From: Thermoplasmata archaeon
Lineage (GTDB): Archaea; Thermoplasmatota; Thermoplasmata; Lutacidiplasmatales; UBA184
Direction of reading: 5' to 3'
DNA length: 64,000 bases
Assembly (NCBI GenBank): GCA_049585415.1
Contig: JBAUZT010000027.1
Coordinates: forward strand, 993 to 64,992
In this document: in pieces, positions 46,030 through 54,926 of the stretch
Layout of the letters: every line of letters begins with the position of its first letter
Numbering within the stretch: position 1 is the stretch's first letter
Program-made: the position numbers and the translations under genes
The notes under the pieces: model-generated
What the model was told of the DNA's origin: nothing
The model's input: only the letters and a program-made list of their open reading frames with translations
Database searches by the model: none

Positions 46030-46428
46030 CTAGCGCCCGAGGAGTCCCCGTCCCTCGCGATCTGCTCGTTTCCGGCTCTCGCGGCGTCCCGCCGAACTCC
46101 GCGCGTGATCGCGCAGCGCCGCGAGCCGTTCCGCGTGGATCCGCCCGACCTCCCCTAGCCCGAGGGTCAGGACGAGCGTCACCGCGCTGTCCAGGTCCTG
46201 AGCGTAGCCGTCCTCGACCAACTCCTCGAGTTCGTTGCGGAGCGTCGAGGGTACGCTGACGTCCGCGGGGCGGGCATCCGTCGCCCCACGTACGAGCGCC
46301 CGGACGGCCGCCGAGCGATTCGGGAACTCGTTCGTCGATCGGAACTGTTCGAGGAGCGACTCTTCCTCCAACGTCAGGCGCACGCCCAGAAATCGAGTCG
46401 CGGGAGCATCGGCCCGAGCAGTTCGCAC
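46030..46428 (-). CDS. Ribbon-helix-helix (CopG/NikR-like N-terminal domain) transcriptional regulator
   Basis: TRFLGVRLTLEEESLLEQF...RSAAVRALV is an RHH beta-strand/helix-helix pattern. About 70-aa C-terminal domain of unknown function. Confidence 0.6.
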   Translation of the reverse strand: MRTARADAPATRFLGVRLTLEEESLLEQFRSTNEFPNRSAAVRALVRGATDARPADVSVPSTLRNELEELVEDGYAQDLDSAVTLVLTLGLGEVGRIHAERLAALRDHARSSAGRRESRKRADREGRGLLGR

Positions 46429-46484
46429 GGCGTTTAACAGTATTCAACCATTATTTAGTTGTTATGCCCTTTTCGTTTTACAAT

Positions 46485-46546
46485 CGGGGGCACCCCCGCC
46501 ACTCCTCCCACCGCGATGTTAATCTCGGACGAATTGGGCTCGGACG
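46485..46546. promoter_or_regulatory. Candidate operator: perfect palindrome CGGGGGCACCCCCG (46485-46498) plus direct repeats CTCGGACG x2 (46524-46531, 46539-46546). These sit between AT-rich TATA-like elements for the two divergent genes.
   Basis: Seen directly in the 177-bp AT-rich divergent intergenic region between the RHH regulator and the M29 aminopeptidase gene. Confidence 0.35.
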
Positions 46547-46605
46547 TGTCGCAAGCCTGCGCTCAACAACGGTACAAATAGGGGCCTCGGCTCGCCTTCC
46601 GTACC

Positions 46606-47715
46606 ATGAGCGAGAGTCCCTCGTCCCTCGAGCGCGCCGCCGCTCGCAACATCGTGACCAGATACCTCAAGGTCCGAGCGGGAGAGAACGCGATCATCGA
46701 GTCCTGGGACCACACGATGCCTATGGCGTCGGCGATGGTCGATGAGGTCCGCCGTGTGGGCGGCAAGGTCCTCTTCGTCTACAACGACGAGGACGCGTGG
46801 TGGCGCGCGATCGACCGGAAGCAGGCCAAGCTCCTCGGCGAGTCGAGCGCCCCAGAGTGGGCGGCGTTGAAAGCCGCGGACGTGTATGTGAATTTCTGGG
46901 GTCCGGGCGACGCCGACCGCATCGAGAAGGATTCCGAGGACGCCCTCGACGAAGCGTTCGCCTGGAACTGGCCCTGGTACGCGGTCGCCCGGAAGACGGG
47001 GCTCCGCGGTGTGCGGATGACCACGGGGTTCGTAACGGAGGGACGCGCTAGGAAGTGGGGCGTGGACCGGGCGCAGTGGGAGGAAAGCATGCTCCGGGCA
47101 TGTCTCGTCGACCCGGAGGAGATGGCCAAACGCGGGGCTCGGCTCGGCAAGGCGCTCTCCCGGGGGAGGAAAGTGCGGATCACCCACTCCAACGGGACCG
47201 ACCTGGAAGTCGCCCTGGCCGGGGTCGCACCACGGTTGTTCGATGGGAGACCCCACCCGTGGGACAAGAGGTCCTCCCCATCGGGCATGGTCGAGAGCAT
47301 CCCCGCCGGACGCGTCGAAATGGCCCTCGACTCCAAAACCGCGGAGGGAAGTCTCCGCGCCAACCGCCGGACCAACATCTGGTGGAACGGGCACTCCGGT
47401 GGAACGCTCGAATTCGCGGACGGCAAGCTGACGTCGTACTCCTTCGAGGATGGAGAGGAAGAGTTCACCCGTCGGTACAAGAACGCCACGGCGGGCAAGG
47501 ACCGTGCCAGCGTTCTCAAACTCGGGCTGAACCCGGCCGTCAAGGCCGTCCCCAACTTGGAGTACTGTGAGCGCGGCAGCGTCTCCCTGCAAATCGGGGG
47601 GAACCGGAATCTCGGGGGCACCAACGGATCGAATTTCTTTAGTTGGTTTTCGCTCGCCGGCTCCGAGATCGCGATAGACGGGACTCCCGTCATCCGCGCG
47701 GGGAAGATCCTGTAG
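46606..47715 (+). CDS. Aminopeptidase, M29 (AmpS/PepS thermophilic metalloprotease) family
   Basis: 369 aa. N-terminal region and conserved metal-ligand positions are M29-like. Confidence 0.75.
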   Translation: MSESPSSLERAAARNIVTRYLKVRAGENAIIESWDHTMPMASAMVDEVRRVGGKVLFVYNDEDAWWRAIDRKQAKLLGESSAPEWAALKAADVYVNFWGPGDADRIEKDSEDALDEAFAWNWPWYAVARKTGLRGVRMTTGFVTEGRARKWGVDRAQWEESMLRACLVDPEEMAKRGARLGKALSRGRKVRITHSNGTDLEVALAGVAPRLFDGRPHPWDKRSSPSGMVESIPAGRVEMALDSKTAEGSLRANRRTNIWWNGHSGGTLEFADGKLTSYSFEDGEEEFTRRYKNATAGKDRASVLKLGLNPAVKAVPNLEYCERGSVSLQIGGNRNLGGTNGSNFFSWFSLAGSEIAIDGTPVIRAGKIL

Positions 47716-47901
47716 GTCCGCCAGGTCCGTCCTCGCGGAACTGCTAGAAGTCCCGTCCCAGTCATTCCCCGTCCACAACCCAACCCGCTATAGGCGCGAG
47801 GGGTGGCAGGGGAACCCGTCTCGAGAACGCGACGCGAGGGGGCGTGACCCCCCCGGTCTGTCGTCTCCGATAGGTCGAGCGCACTTCACGAGCCCTTTAT
47901 C

Positions 47902-49071
47902 GTGGACCATGCCGACACGGCCTCCATGGAAGCGGATATCCGGGCACGCAAGGCCGGCGATCTTGCCGGACCGGGGATCGGGACGTACGAGGAGGTCGAG
48001 CGGGTCTTGCCGGGGGATTACCACTCGGCGCTTTCGCCCCGAGAGACGCAGGTCGCGGTCTACGCGGTGAAGAATTTCATCGAGGAGAACCTGTGCCGCG
48101 AGCTCAATCTCATGATGGTCCAGGTCCCGCTGATCGTGGCGGCGGAATCCGGCGTGAACGACATGCTCGACCGGGACGGGTCTCGAACCCCGATCCAGTT
48201 CCATATCCCCAACGACCACGACCAGCACGGCGTCGAAGCTCAGGTGGTTCAGGCCGCCACGAAATGGAAACGCATGGCGTTGAAGGAGTTCGGGCTCGCT
48301 ACCGGTGAGGGGCTCTGCACCGACATGCGGGCGGTCCGCAAGGACTACTTCCTCGACCACGACCACAGCGCGTACGTGGACCAGTGGGATTGGGAACGTG
48401 CGATCCAGGACTCGGACCGGAATCTCGACTTCCTCAAGGAGGTCGTCCGGAGGATCTGGAAGGTGATCGTCGGGGCGCAGCAGCACGTCGAGCACTTGTT
48501 CCCCCAGCTGAAGGACCGGCGATACCCACCGCTACCCAACGAGATCCAGTTCCTCCACGCCGAGGAGATCCTGGACGCCTATCCGGACCTTCCCCGCAAG
48601 CAGCGCGAGGGCGCGATCGTTCGAAAGTACCCGGCCGTTTTCATCATCGGGATCGGTTGGCCGTTGAAGGACGGATATCCGCACGAGATGCGGGCCGCCG
48701 ACTACGACGACTGGTCGACCGAGGTCTCGCTCCCGGACGGACAGATGGGCCATGGGCTGAACGGCGACATCCTGGTCTGGAATCCGGTCACGCAGCGGAG
48801 GCACGAACTCATGTCGGGCGGGATTCGCGTCAATGCCGAGGCGCTGCGCCGGCAGCTCGGGATGAGCGGGCAGCTCGACTTTCTCCGCTTCCCGTACCAC
48901 AAGGGGATCCTCTCGGGCGAGCTACCCCTCAGTATCGGGGGCGGGATCGGTCAGTCCCGGACTCAGATGCTGCTCCTCCGCAAAGCCCACATCGGAGAGG
49001 TGAGCGTTTCGGTCTGGCCCAAGATCCTGCGGGAGATCAGCGCACGAAAGGACATTCACGTCCTGGAGTGA
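47902..49071 (+). CDS. asnA: Aspartate--ammonia ligase (asparagine synthetase A)
   Basis: Class II aaRS-like core. GGGIGQSR signature. Confidence 0.85.
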   Translation: MDHADTASMEADIRARKAGDLAGPGIGTYEEVERVLPGDYHSALSPRETQVAVYAVKNFIEENLCRELNLMMVQVPLIVAAESGVNDMLDRDGSRTPIQFHIPNDHDQHGVEAQVVQAATKWKRMALKEFGLATGEGLCTDMRAVRKDYFLDHDHSAYVDQWDWERAIQDSDRNLDFLKEVVRRIWKVIVGAQQHVEHLFPQLKDRRYPPLPNEIQFLHAEEILDAYPDLPRKQREGAIVRKYPAVFIIGIGWPLKDGYPHEMRAADYDDWSTEVSLPDGQMGHGLNGDILVWNPVTQRRHELMSGGIRVNAEALRRQLGMSGQLDFLRFPYHKGILSGELPLSIGGGIGQSRTQMLLLRKAHIGEVSVSVWPKILREISARKDIHVLE

Positions 49072-49075
49072 TGCC

Positions 49076-49351
49076 TTGGGGATGGTCGAATTCGACCCGT
49101 GCGACCTGCACGACGCGGCGATCCTCGCCGGGCCGGACGAAGCGGAGACCTTGCTCCGACTGGCCCGGAGCCCGATCGCCGACGAGTGCCAGAGATGCTC
49201 GGTGTGCCGGCTGGCCCGGGAGTACGTAGCCCGCCGACTCGAAGAGAAGGCGGGCAGGGTCTTCCCGCCGAGTCAGAACGGTGAGGCGACCTGGCAAAGG
49301 CTCCAAGCCGCGGTCGAAGGGGTCAGGATTCAAACCCGCGGGTCCCGGTAG
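49076..49351 (+). CDS. Hypothetical small CxxC protein (91 aa)
   Basis: Lies in a 385-bp gap. CQRCSVC motif. Weak. Confidence 0.25.
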   Translation: MGMVEFDPCDLHDAAILAGPDEAETLLRLARSPIADECQRCSVCRLAREYVARRLEEKAGRVFPPSQNGEATWQRLQAAVEGVRIQTRGSR

Positions 49352-49457
49352 ATCGGAAGGGACAGGTCGAAGAACCGGGTGCCGGTGTCCTGGTGGGAGC
49401 GCGACGAACAAGCTCATTGAGTCCGGGGTCTAGGCCTGGCGCGCATTCTCGGGAACC

Positions 49458-49943
49458 GTGAGCGAACCCACCATCCCGCTCCGAGTGAACGGCCGCACCG
49501 AGACGCTCCCGGTGCTCCCGGAGCGGTCCCTGCTCGTGGCACTGCGAAGCGACCTCGGCCTCACGGGCACGAAGTACGGATGCGGCGAGGGCGAATGCGG
49601 CGCCTGCACGGTGCTGCTGGACGGCATCGCGGTACAGGCCTGCCAGATCCCGTTATCCGTAGCGGGGGGCCGAGAGGTTGTGACCATCGAAGGCCTCGCC
49701 GGGCCCTCGGGAGAACTCTCCCCGATACAGCGCGCGTTCGCCGAGGTCGGCGCCTTCCAATGCGGGTTTTGTACCCCCGGAATGATCGTCGGGGCGACCG
49801 CGTTGCTCCGCCGCGAGCCCACTCCGTCCCGTGACGAGATCGACAGCGCTCTGGAGGGCAATGTGTGCCGGTGCGGGGGGTACCTACGGATCTGCAAGGC
49901 GATCGAGCGGGCGGCCGAACTTCAGGCGCAGGAGACTCCATGA
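49458..49943 (+). CDS. [2Fe-2S]-binding small subunit of a molybdenum hydroxylase (CoxS/IorA-like)
   Basis: CGEGECGAC and CGFC..C motifs for two [2Fe-2S] clusters. Confidence 0.85.
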   Translation: MSEPTIPLRVNGRTETLPVLPERSLLVALRSDLGLTGTKYGCGEGECGACTVLLDGIAVQACQIPLSVAGGREVVTIEGLAGPSGELSPIQRAFAEVGAFQCGFCTPGMIVGATALLRREPTPSRDEIDSALEGNVCRCGGYLRICKAIERAAELQAQETP

Positions 49944-52036
49944 AGACGCCCGACCGGCCGCGCCGGCCGTGGGACCGAACGCCGGTCTCCGAGCGCGAAT
50001 ACTTCGAGTTGCTGGGCCCCGGGATCGTGAGCGTGCTTCCGGCGCGTCCCGAGGGAGCGTCGGACGGCGGTTGGAACCCACCGAGCGGCGGCGCCTGGGT
50101 GCACATCGGCGACGATGGGGCGGTCCGCGCGTTCACCGGCAAGGCGGAGGTGGGTCAGGGCACTCGAACGGCGCTCGCGCTCGTAGTCTCCGAGGCGCTC
50201 GACGTTCCGGCGGATCGCGTCGACCTCTGGATGGGCGACACCGACCTCTGCCCGTGGGACATGGGCACGTTCGGCAGCCGTTCGATGCCAGACGCAGCTC
50301 CTGCGGTGTACGCCGCGGCGCTCGGAGCTCGCGACGTGCTGCGGGATCTGGCCGCGCGCCGAGCGGGCGGTCGACCGGACGAGTTCGAACTCTACGACGG
50401 AACGGTACGGCGAAAGGGAAGCACTTCCGGGACGTCGTTCGCGGATCTGGTCCGTGGTGAATCCGTCGTACGAGAGGCTCCGCCGTCGGGCGCGAAGACG
50501 CTCTCCATCCCGATCCACCGGGTCGGCCGCCCGACGCTCGAGCCGCTCGCGCACGAGGTGGTCACCGGCCAGCGGCGATACGCGTCCGATGTGACGCGGC
50601 CCACCATGCTGCACGGTGCCGTCCTCTGGCCCCCGGTGCGGGGCGCGACGCTGGTCAAGGTGGATGCGGAGACAGCCGAACGTCTGCCCGGGGTCGCGCT
50701 CGTGCACGACGGAGCGTTTATAGGGGCGGTCGCGGAGAGCCCGCGCGCCGCCCGCGCGGCGGTCGCGACCGTACGCGCGCGGTGGGATCGCCCGTCGTAC
50801 CCCACCGAGCCGGGGATCGCCGGATATCTCGAATCCCATCCCCAGTCCGGCGACGCGTGGGATACCGACGAGGACCGGGAAGGGGACGTGGAGGCGGGGC
50901 TCGGCACCTCCCTCCACCGGTTGGAGCTGAGCTATCGTACGGCCTACATCGCCCACGTCCCCCTGGAGCCCCGGTGCGCGGTCGCCGAGTGGACCGGGAA
51001 CCGACTGACCGTTTGGGTGGGGACCCAGACGCCGTTCCGCACCCGCAGCCAGGTCGCACGTACGTTCGGTTGCTCCGAGGACGATGTCCGAATCATCGTT
51101 CCGCCGACGGGAGCCGGTTTCGGTGGCAAGCACGGTGGAGACATCGCGACCGCCGCGGCACGGCTCGCCCGGGCCTCGGGGCGCCCGGTGCGGCTCGCCT
51201 TCTCGCGAGAGGAGGAGTTCCTTCACGGATACCTTCGGCCGATGTCGATCGTGGACATCCGGGCCGGGGTGGATGCGGCCGGGCGCCTCACGGCGTGGTC
51301 GTTCCACAACCTCAATGGAGGCGCCGCGGCCGCATCGACGCCGTACACCGTTCCGAACCGACACGTCTGGAACACGCTCTCGGAATCTCCTTTGGCGCAA
51401 GGGCCGTACCGGTCGCTCGCGGCCAACGCGAACAACTTCGCGCGCGAGTGCGCGATGGACGAGCTGGCGAGACGAGCGGGCATCGACGCGCTCGAGTTCC
51501 GTCGTCGCCACCTGGACGATCCTCGTCTTCGTGCCGTACTCGACCGGGCCTCGGAACTAGCCGATTGGTCGGGCAGAGTTCGCGGCCCCGGGCGCGGATT
51601 CGGGCTCGCACTCGGCCGGGAAAAGGGCGGCCGAATCGCGACCGTCGCGGAGGTGAGCGTTGACCGCCAGCGGTGGGTGCGCGTGACCCGACTCGTCAGC
51701 GCCTTCGAGGCGGGGGCGATCGTGCACCCCGAGAATCTCCGCAGCCAGGTCGAAGGGGCTCACGTCATGGCGCTGGGCGGGGCGCTGTTCGAAGCGATAC
51801 ATTTCGACCAGGGGGTCGTCCAGAACCCGCGGCTCTCTCAGTACCGGGTACCTCGATTCTCGGACGTTCCCGAGATCGAGATCGAGCTCATCGACGCACG
51901 AGAGTTTGTCCCCGCCGGCGCCGGCGAAACGCCGATGATCGCGGTCGCTCCTGCGATCGCGAACGCGATCTTCGATGCGACCGGTGCCCGACTTCGTGCG
52001 CTGCCCCTCGTGCCGACCGGCCGAGTGTCGGTGTAG
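49940..52036 (+). CDS. Molybdopterin-binding large subunit of a xanthine-dehydrogenase-family hydroxylase (IorB/CoxL-like)
   Basis: Aldehyde oxidase/xanthine dehydrogenase a/b hammerhead and MoCo-binding domains. ATGA overlap with the small subunit. No FAD subunit is present. Confidence 0.85.
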   Translation: MKTPDRPRRPWDRTPVSEREYFELLGPGIVSVLPARPEGASDGGWNPPSGGAWVHIGDDGAVRAFTGKAEVGQGTRTALALVVSEALDVPADRVDLWMGDTDLCPWDMGTFGSRSMPDAAPAVYAAALGARDVLRDLAARRAGGRPDEFELYDGTVRRKGSTSGTSFADLVRGESVVREAPPSGAKTLSIPIHRVGRPTLEPLAHEVVTGQRRYASDVTRPTMLHGAVLWPPVRGATLVKVDAETAERLPGVALVHDGAFIGAVAESPRAARAAVATVRARWDRPSYPTEPGIAGYLESHPQSGDAWDTDEDREGDVEAGLGTSLHRLELSYRTAYIAHVPLEPRCAVAEWTGNRLTVWVGTQTPFRTRSQVARTFGCSEDDVRIIVPPTGAGFGGKHGGDIATAAARLARASGRPVRLAFSREEEFLHGYLRPMSIVDIRAGVDAAGRLTAWSFHNLNGGAAAASTPYTVPNRHVWNTLSESPLAQGPYRSLAANANNFARECAMDELARRAGIDALEFRRRHLDDPRLRAVLDRASELADWSGRVRGPGRGFGLALGREKGGRIATVAEVSVDRQRWVRVTRLVSAFEAGAIVHPENLRSQVEGAHVMALGGALFEAIHFDQGVVQNPRLSQYRVPRFSDVPEIEIELIDAREFVPAGAGETPMIAVAPAIANAIFDATGARLRALPLVPTGRVSV

Positions 52037-52230
52037 CCGGATTTATCGTCGACGCGCGCGGGTCCGATCTTTGGACCCCGAGCAGTCGGATACGTCCTGC
52101 GAGAATTGTGAGGCCGCACCCGTCCGCACTATCCGCCGACACCAAGCTCGGTTCGCCCCGATGATCGTAGCTCGATCCCACTCGGCAGGAGGAGCCGGTC
52201 GACCGAGACCGGAGGTCGCCCCCTCGCCGG

Positions 52231-53316
52231 ATGGTCCGTCTGCGAGCTGCCGCGAGCGCGGGGTCAGCTGAGGTGACGATGGCAGAATCCGAGCCGAAGG
52301 AACCCTCGCGGTCTCTATGGCCCGTCGCGGCGGCCGTCGGGCTGGTCGTCCTGCTCGCCGCCGCGGGCACGGCCCTCTATCTGATCGTCACGACCTACGC
52401 GCTGCTCCCCCGGTCCTCCTTTGGATACTTCAAGCTCGCCTTGGTGGTCGGACTCGGACTTCTTGCGGTCATCCTCGTCGGACGGATCGTTCACGCCGTG
52501 GTGGAGCGCTTCGCCGGCAAGCGTCACGCCGGCCTGATCGACGACATCTACCGCATCGTCGCCTACACCGCCCTCGCGCTCGTCGCGCTCTACGCCCTCG
52601 GCATCAACGGCTACGCCCTGCTCGCGGGCGGGACCTTTGCCGGCCTCGTCATCGGCCTGGCGAGCGCCACCGCACTCTCGAACTTCGTCGCCGGGGTGGT
52701 GCTCCTCGTGGCGCGTCCGTTCGAACCGGGGGACCGCCTGACCTTCGCCTCGAGCCAGTTCGGGATGCTGCTGCCCAGCTACCCGCCCAAGTTCTACTCC
52801 GACGACCTGCTGATCCCCGGGTTCACGGGTACCGTTCAGGATATTGGTCTCATGTACACCGAGCTGCGGCTGGACACAGGGCCCCGGGTGATGTTTCCGA
52901 ACAGCATCGTCCTCCAGGGCGCCGTGATCTCTCATGAGCTCAACGAACGTTGGGTCCGGGTCCGCTACGAAGTCCCGCCGGCCGTGGACCCCACGAGGCT
53001 CCTACCGGCGGTCCGCGACGCCGTGGCCCAGGACGACTGGGTGGTCGGGAAGAAATCGGTGAGGGTCCTCGTCAACGCGGGGACAATCGCCTCGTATGTG
53101 ATCTCCGTCGACGCACTTTGCGCCGGCAACGCCGAGGAGCCACCGCGGAGCGCGATCTGGATCCGAATTCGCGGGGTGGTGGAGTCGTTCGCTCCCCCAA
53201 GTCCCGCTCCCTCCCACGGTTCTCCACTCCCACCGCCCGGCCAGCCGAGTCCTGCGTCCACCCCGCCTCCCCCGAGCATCACCCCGCTTTCTCCCCTGCC
53301 GACCCGCGCCACCTAG
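52231..53316 (+). CDS. MscS-family mechanosensitive channel with a Pro-rich C-terminal tail
   Basis: TM helices plus conserved pore helix (GGTFAGLVIGLASATALSNFVAGVVLLVARPFEPGD). An alternative start lies at 52279. Confidence 0.8.
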   Translation: MVRLRAAASAGSAEVTMAESEPKEPSRSLWPVAAAVGLVVLLAAAGTALYLIVTTYALLPRSSFGYFKLALVVGLGLLAVILVGRIVHAVVERFAGKRHAGLIDDIYRIVAYTALALVALYALGINGYALLAGGTFAGLVIGLASATALSNFVAGVVLLVARPFEPGDRLTFASSQFGMLLPSYPPKFYSDDLLIPGFTGTVQDIGLMYTELRLDTGPRVMFPNSIVLQGAVISHELNERWVRVRYEVPPAVDPTRLLPAVRDAVAQDDWVVGKKSVRVLVNAGTIASYVISVDALCAGNAEEPPRSAIWIRIRGVVESFAPPSPAPSHGSPLPPPGQPSPASTPPPPSITPLSPLPTRAT

Positions 53317-53486
53317 CGGCGTCGGTCCCGTTCTTTGCGCGAGCGTCGACGTGCCGCGTCAAAGTCAATGGCGGATCGTCGCGGGAGCATCGTGTCGAGC
53401 CGAGCGCCCTCAAGCTCGTCGAACCGGGGGCTATCCAATCGGGCAGGGCCTATGCAACGACCCAGGGGTCGAGCTCCGGTGGTTAA

Positions 53487-53762
53487 ATGCCCCGGAGTGC
53501 AACCGGGAGCGTGGAGGCATCGATGGCGAACGAGAGAGATTGCGACCGATGTGGATCGCCCTTACCGGAGAACGCCTCAACCTGTCCGATATGTGACCCT
53601 CGCACGTCGGAGCGGAAGGCGCTTCCGGCGGAGCGCGGGGCGGGAGAATCCGCGCGGGGGATCGGCGATCTCGAGCTGCAAACAGCGAAGGCCGCCCTGC
53701 ACACGCGTCCGGCATCGGAGAAACGGACCGACGACCGTCCGACGCTCGACGACCTCTGGTAG
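53487..53762 (+). CDS. Small zinc-ribbon protein
   Basis: CDRCGSPLPENASTCPICD, a Cys4 ribbon. An alternative start lies at 53523. Confidence 0.4.
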   Translation: MPRSATGSVEASMANERDCDRCGSPLPENASTCPICDPRTSERKALPAERGAGESARGIGDLELQTAKAALHTRPASEKRTDDRPTLDDLW

Positions 53763-53844
53763 GGGCGGTCCAACGGCGGCTCGGCGGGCTCGAATCGAGA
53801 CTCGGCGTCACCGCGAGCTCCGGGAGCCAGCGCCCTACGCCGCC

Positions 53845-54321
53845 TTATGGGCGTGGCCGGGTCGGCGCGCTCTTCCCCCGTGCCAGAAGCTCTTCGACGC
53901 GCGCCGCGAGGAGGGGTTTCATGATGAACTCCGCCTTCCGCTCGTTGACCAGGCGGGCGACGCGCGGGTCGGAAGGGTCCGTCGCGGAGCACAGGATCAC
54001 GCGCACGCCGGAGTTTCGGCTCAGGAAAAGCTCGGCGAGCTCGGCGCCATCCTTGGGGTCTCGGGGAGATGGAGTCGGTCCATCGGAGGGGAGGCCGTTG
54101 GACACGGGTGGGCGAAGCTGGAGGTCGACGAACACCACATCGGGCCTCCACTGAGTGAACATCGTGAGTCCTTCGAGAGCATTGCCAGCCACGCGAAGGT
54201 CCGGAAGCTCCGCGCCGAGGCGAAGGAGAATATCCTGGATGAGGCGGCGCGCCGAGGGCGAGTCCTCGATCACCAGGATGCGACCGGCTTCGGCGGCCGG
54301 ACCCGCTCCACGTCGCGTCAT
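53845..54321 (-). CDS. Stand-alone receiver (CheY-like REC) protein with a Pro-rich insertion
   Basis: ILVIEDS...VFVDLQL...K. A 25-aa insert follows beta-3. Confidence 0.7.
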   Translation of the reverse strand: MTRRGAGPAAEAGRILVIEDSPSARRLIQDILLRLGAELPDLRVAGNALEGLTMFTQWRPDVVFVDLQLRPPVSNGLPSDGPTPSPRDPKDGAELAELFLSRNSGVRVILCSATDPSDPRVARLVNERKAEFIMKPLLAARVEELLARGKSAPTRPRP

Positions 54322-54332
54322 CCGTGCGCTCC

Positions 54333-54926
54333 CTACGGGGTACCCCATGGAGGAGTTGAAGCTGCCGCCTCCGGGGATCGACCCGACGGGGGATCCATGG
54401 AGTCGTTCGTGGCAGGAGGGGGAGTGGACGTCGTCTCGGCGGAAGGGCCGGACGGCGAGGATTCCGCGACCGACCCGTCGGCCGGCGCGGAGGGGGGGTT
54501 GCCGCCCCGGGAAGACTCCGAGGTCTCCGGGGCCGGAGGAGGCGAGGCGCTCGAACCGGCCGACACCGCCAGCAGCCGCTCGACGCGTTCGAGCAGCGCA
54601 GCCCGGCGGATCGGCTTGGTCAGATAGTCGTTGCAGCCGGCGCTCAGGGCCTTCTCCGCATCGCCGGGCATGGCAAAGGCGGAGAGCGCGAGGATGGGGA
54701 GGCGGGCGGTCTCGGGACGTCGCCGGAGCTCGCGCGTGAGCGTGTAACCGTCCTTTCCGGGGAGGGCGACATCCATCACGATGAGGTCCGGGACCTCGCT
54801 CGTGATCGCGCGCTCCGCCTCGAGAGCGCTCGGGGCCCCGATGACGCGGTGGCCCTGGCTCTTGAGGATGATCGACGTGAGCTTGAGGTTCTGCGGGTGG
54901 TCCTCGACGACCAGGATGAGGGCCAT
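54333..54926 (-). CDS. Stand-alone receiver (CheY-like REC) protein
   Basis: LILVVEDHPQN, DLIVMDVALPGKDG, LTKP motifs. The C-terminal tail is Ser/Pro-rich. Confidence 0.8.
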   Translation of the reverse strand: MALILVVEDHPQNLKLTSIILKSQGHRVIGAPSALEAERAITSEVPDLIVMDVALPGKDGYTLTRELRRRPETARLPILALSAFAMPGDAEKALSAGCNDYLTKPIRRAALLERVERLLAVSAGSSASPPPAPETSESSRGGNPPSAPADGSVAESSPSGPSAETTSTPPPATNDSMDPPSGRSPEAAASTPPWGTP

